A stretch of 64,000 nt of DNA. Origin: a phage. Shown piece by piece: positions 61,549-64,000 of the stretch. The notes under the pieces were generated by a model. It was not told where the DNA came from. It was given only the letters and a program-made list of their open reading frames with translations, and ran no database searches. The first letter of the stretch is position 1. The number at the start of each line of letters is the position of its first letter. Both the position numbers and the translations under genes were made by a program. Location of the stretch: sequence record PQ724393.1; one strand, given 5' to 3'.

Positions 61549-61554
61549 ATTAGT

Positions 61555-62586
61555 TTATTTGTATTCGTTTGCAAACTGTTCAGTGACGTCTTCCAGAACT
61601 TCATAATAACATACACGCATTTTAGCATCACCGTAATCGACTGGGATACTAACAACATCACGCGGGTTAACTTTACATGAAACTACTTTACAGTTTGAGC
61701 TACCAAAATGTCTGATATAGCTACGAGAGCAAACATGCAGACCTGTTGAACAAGTTACTTCGTCGTCATCATTTACACGCGAACGAGGCATTTTAACTGG
61801 TTTGCCTGGCGAGTTATCAAACGTACCGGTACGACAGTCGGTGTAATCGGAGTTAACTACCTTCCATGTAATAAAGTGGCCATCTTCAGTGATTTTGATA
61901 TCGTTTGCAACCAGGAAGTCGAACAGACGCTGTACAGCTTTTTCGCTTGGGTTTTCTAACAGATTCTCAAGGAACGGCAGGTAGAATTCGAAGTCTTCAC
62001 CATTTTCCATTGAGGTGATAATACGGTCAATCAACCCTGAACGCAATTCGATACCTTGATAAACCAGACGTCCACCTTCAATACGAACGTTACCTTTAAC
62101 GAAAGCCTTAACAGCTTCTTTAATGGAAATCAGTTTAATCGCATCATCGAAACGAGATTCTTTAAGAGCCTGTACGATGGCATCGAAATGTTTGTTCTTA
62201 TTAGTGGTGTTCCATACTGTACGGCCTTCAGTGATGGATACGAATTTAGAACTCGCGTTCCAAATAATTTCAGGACGAGAACCACCAATAGTAGCTTCAA
62301 CAGGAACTACACGAGGCTCGTTAGGAACTGTTACTTTGATATTTCCGGTAATAACCACTTCTGCCGGGGCATTAAGAGGTACAGTAGGTGCTTTTTTAAG
62401 AGATTCGGCTAATTCTTTAGCTACTTGCGAACGTTTAGCTTCTTCAGCATTTTTCAGGACTTTACGAATGGTATCAACCGAAACACCATACCAGTCAGCT
62501 AGTTCTTGCTGAGTATAATTACCAGATTTATAGAGGGAAACTACTTTCTCTTGTTCAGATTTAGCCAGGCACTTAATATTGTACAT
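61555..62586 (-). CDS. rIIB: rIIB membrane-associated protein
   Basis: 343 aa; N-terminus MYNIKCL.K.EQ..V.LY.SGNYTQQELADW.GVSVDTIR.VLKNAEEAKR and C-terminal VTCSTGLHVCS.SYIR.FGSS matching T4 rIIB. Confidence 0.85.
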   Translation of the reverse strand: MYNIKCLAKSEQEKVVSLYKSGNYTQQELADWYGVSVDTIRKVLKNAEEAKRSQVAKELAESLKKAPTVPLNAPAEVVITGNIKVTVPNEPRVVPVEATIGGSRPEIIWNASSKFVSITEGRTVWNTTNKNKHFDAIVQALKESRFDDAIKLISIKEAVKAFVKGNVRIEGGRLVYQGIELRSGLIDRIITSMENGEDFEFYLPFLENLLENPSEKAVQRLFDFLVANDIKITEDGHFITWKVVNSDYTDCRTGTFDNSPGKPVKMPRSRVNDDDEVTCSTGLHVCSRSYIRHFGSSNCKVVSCKVNPRDVVSIPVDYGDAKMRVCYYEVLEDVTEQFANEYK

Positions 62587-62600
62587 AATATTTCCTTAGA

Positions 62601-64000
62601 TTAAGCCGCTTCCACGGCTTTCATGAATTTAACGATTTGAGCTACAGAAGCCTCGGTAATGGATGTTCCACGACGATACATGTAGTCCGAAACTAAATGG
62701 TAATCAGATTCAAACTGTACAGTCATTTTATCATTGTTACTTGAAGCATTATTGGTTAGCGTATTGAACGTCGTGTTACAGATTTTCTTGATAACGGAAA
62801 GCTTATCATCAGTGATATAACCATGGAAATTCATATAACGGAATATATCATAGAAATTACTCAGACGAGTATATGCTTCAGACACCGGCTTGTCACTGAA
62901 ATACTTAGTCATGAAACCAAGCTCAGGGAACTTAGCAATGATTTCAAGGTAATACCTTGCACGGGTATTACTACCAATGTAGTCATCAATATCTACCGCA
63001 TCCAATGCTTCGGCATAAGCTTCTAATGTAGCTTCCATCAGGCATTCACATTGGCCTAACTTTTTAATCTTTTTGGCAATCTGAGGGCGAATGATATGGA
63101 ATTCGGTAGCACCAATCAAATTAGCCATACGACACATGGTAGTGGTGTTGATGTCAAAGATACCATAAGCTTCATCCATTCCCATGATATCAGAACGACT
63201 ACCAAACAGAACATAACCGGTAATTTCTTCTGCTTCAGCTGCGGTCAAATACATGGTCTCTTGTTGCCAGCGCCCGTCTTTAATGAACCAACGATAAGCA
63301 CTTGGTGTTTTAGGACGCGGTTCTGATGAACGGACAGTAACCGGAATCCATGGCTTAACAATTTTATTCAGTTCAGAGACTTTATAAAAATGAATTGTGT
63401 CACCTTTAAAAAGTTCTTTAACCTTTTCAAGTTGTTGCATTTGCAACATTGAATTCGGGTCGACGAAAATAAGGTCGGTCCCGGATTTAGGAATATTGTT
63501 CTCTTTAACAATTTTCTTGGCCGAAGCACTGTTGTCCATTGCTAAGGCCCAAAGTCCTCGAACTAATGGCACACGGCCCTTTTCATCGTCATAAACAATA
63601 TGGATTTCTTTATTATTAATGCCTAATAGGCCACTAAGTCCTGCTACCGAAGAAGTATTACTACTCGGCTTAATTCGTCTCAAACGTGGGTCCATACAAA
63701 CTTCGTAAACAACACCCAAATTAATAAGGTCGTTTTGAAGTGTATAACGTTGGTATAATTTCTCATATGTCAATTTTTCTGTAGTAAACAGGCTAGTCCC
63801 ACCTTTTTTGGTAAGATAGTCACGAGCACTGTAACCAAGGTTAGAAAGGTCACGATAAACATGGCGTGGATTATCAGATTCAACCCATTCCTGTGTATCG
63901 TTTTTAAAGACCAATGCATCCAAGGCTTCGATACGAGTTGCAATATTTTCCATTGTGCGTTTATCAAGAGACAACACTTCACGAGATGGAGCAATATCCA
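62601..64000 (-). CDS. rIIA: rIIA, C-terminal part (N-terminus beyond window end)
   Basis: ORF open to the window edge, immediately upstream of rIIB as in T4; sequence not verified from memory. Confidence 0.7.
   Translation of the reverse strand, partial: DIAPSREVLSLDKRTMENIATRIEALDALVFKNDTQEWVESDNPRHVYRDLSNLGYSARDYLTKKGGTSLFTTEKLTYEKLYQRYTLQNDLINLGVVYEVCMDPRLRRIKPSSNTSSVAGLSGLLGINNKEIHIVYDDEKGRVPLVRGLWALAMDNSASAKKIVKENNIPKSGTDLIFVDPNSMLQMQQLEKVKELFKGDTIHFYKVSELNKIVKPWIPVTVRSSEPRPKTPSAYRWFIKDGRWQQETMYLTAAEAEEITGYVLFGSRSDIMGMDEAYGIFDINTTTMCRMANLIGATEFHIIRPQIAKKIKKLGQCECLMEATLEAYAEALDAVDIDDYIGSNTRARYYLEIIAKFPELGFMTKYFSDKPVSEAYTRLSNFYDIFRYMNFHGYITDDKLSVIKKICNTTFNTLTNNASSNNDKMTVQFESDYHLVSDYMYRRGTSITEASVAQIVKFMKAVEAA

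Overview
This window is a contiguous ~64-kb segment of a T4-like (Tevenvirinae, T2/T6-type) myovirus genome, collinear with the T4 map from rnlB/hoc through rIIA. The assignment rests on protein-level recognition of more than 45 T4 orthologues, recalled from memory rather than searched. They cover capsid decoration (hoc, inh), recombination (uvsW, uvsY), baseplate genes 25/26/51/27/28/29/48/54, DNA ligase 30, rIII, co-chaperonin 31, nucleotide metabolism (cd, pseT, denA, nrdB, nrdA, td, frd), RNA ligases 1 and 2, gp32, 59, 33, dsbA, RNase H, tail-fibre genes 34-38, holin t, asiA, motA, topoisomerase subunit 52, stp, ndd, denB, rIIB and partial rIIA. Late genes on the + strand sit behind TATAAATA late promoters. 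Early genes on the - strand form clusters of small ORFs, each fronted by a conserved sigma70-type promoter cassette (GTTTAC -35, TGnTAcTAT-like -10) and separated by UUCG/GNRA tetraloop hairpins. I saw no tRNA, CRISPR array, integrase, group I intron or homing endonuclease gene. No unequivocally new system can be demonstrated from sequence alone. The strongest candidates are three tandem Alt-like ADP-ribosyltransferases with divergent central domains, a NADAR (YbiA-like)/HAD pair beside DNA ligase, an enlarged frd-32 accessory cluster of unknown early proteins, a frameshifted early ORF with a duplicated promoter-leader cassette, and a T2-type gp37/gp38 receptor-binding module. Several table ORF starts were moved to internal ATGs with a plausible RBS; all coordinates were derived by hand.
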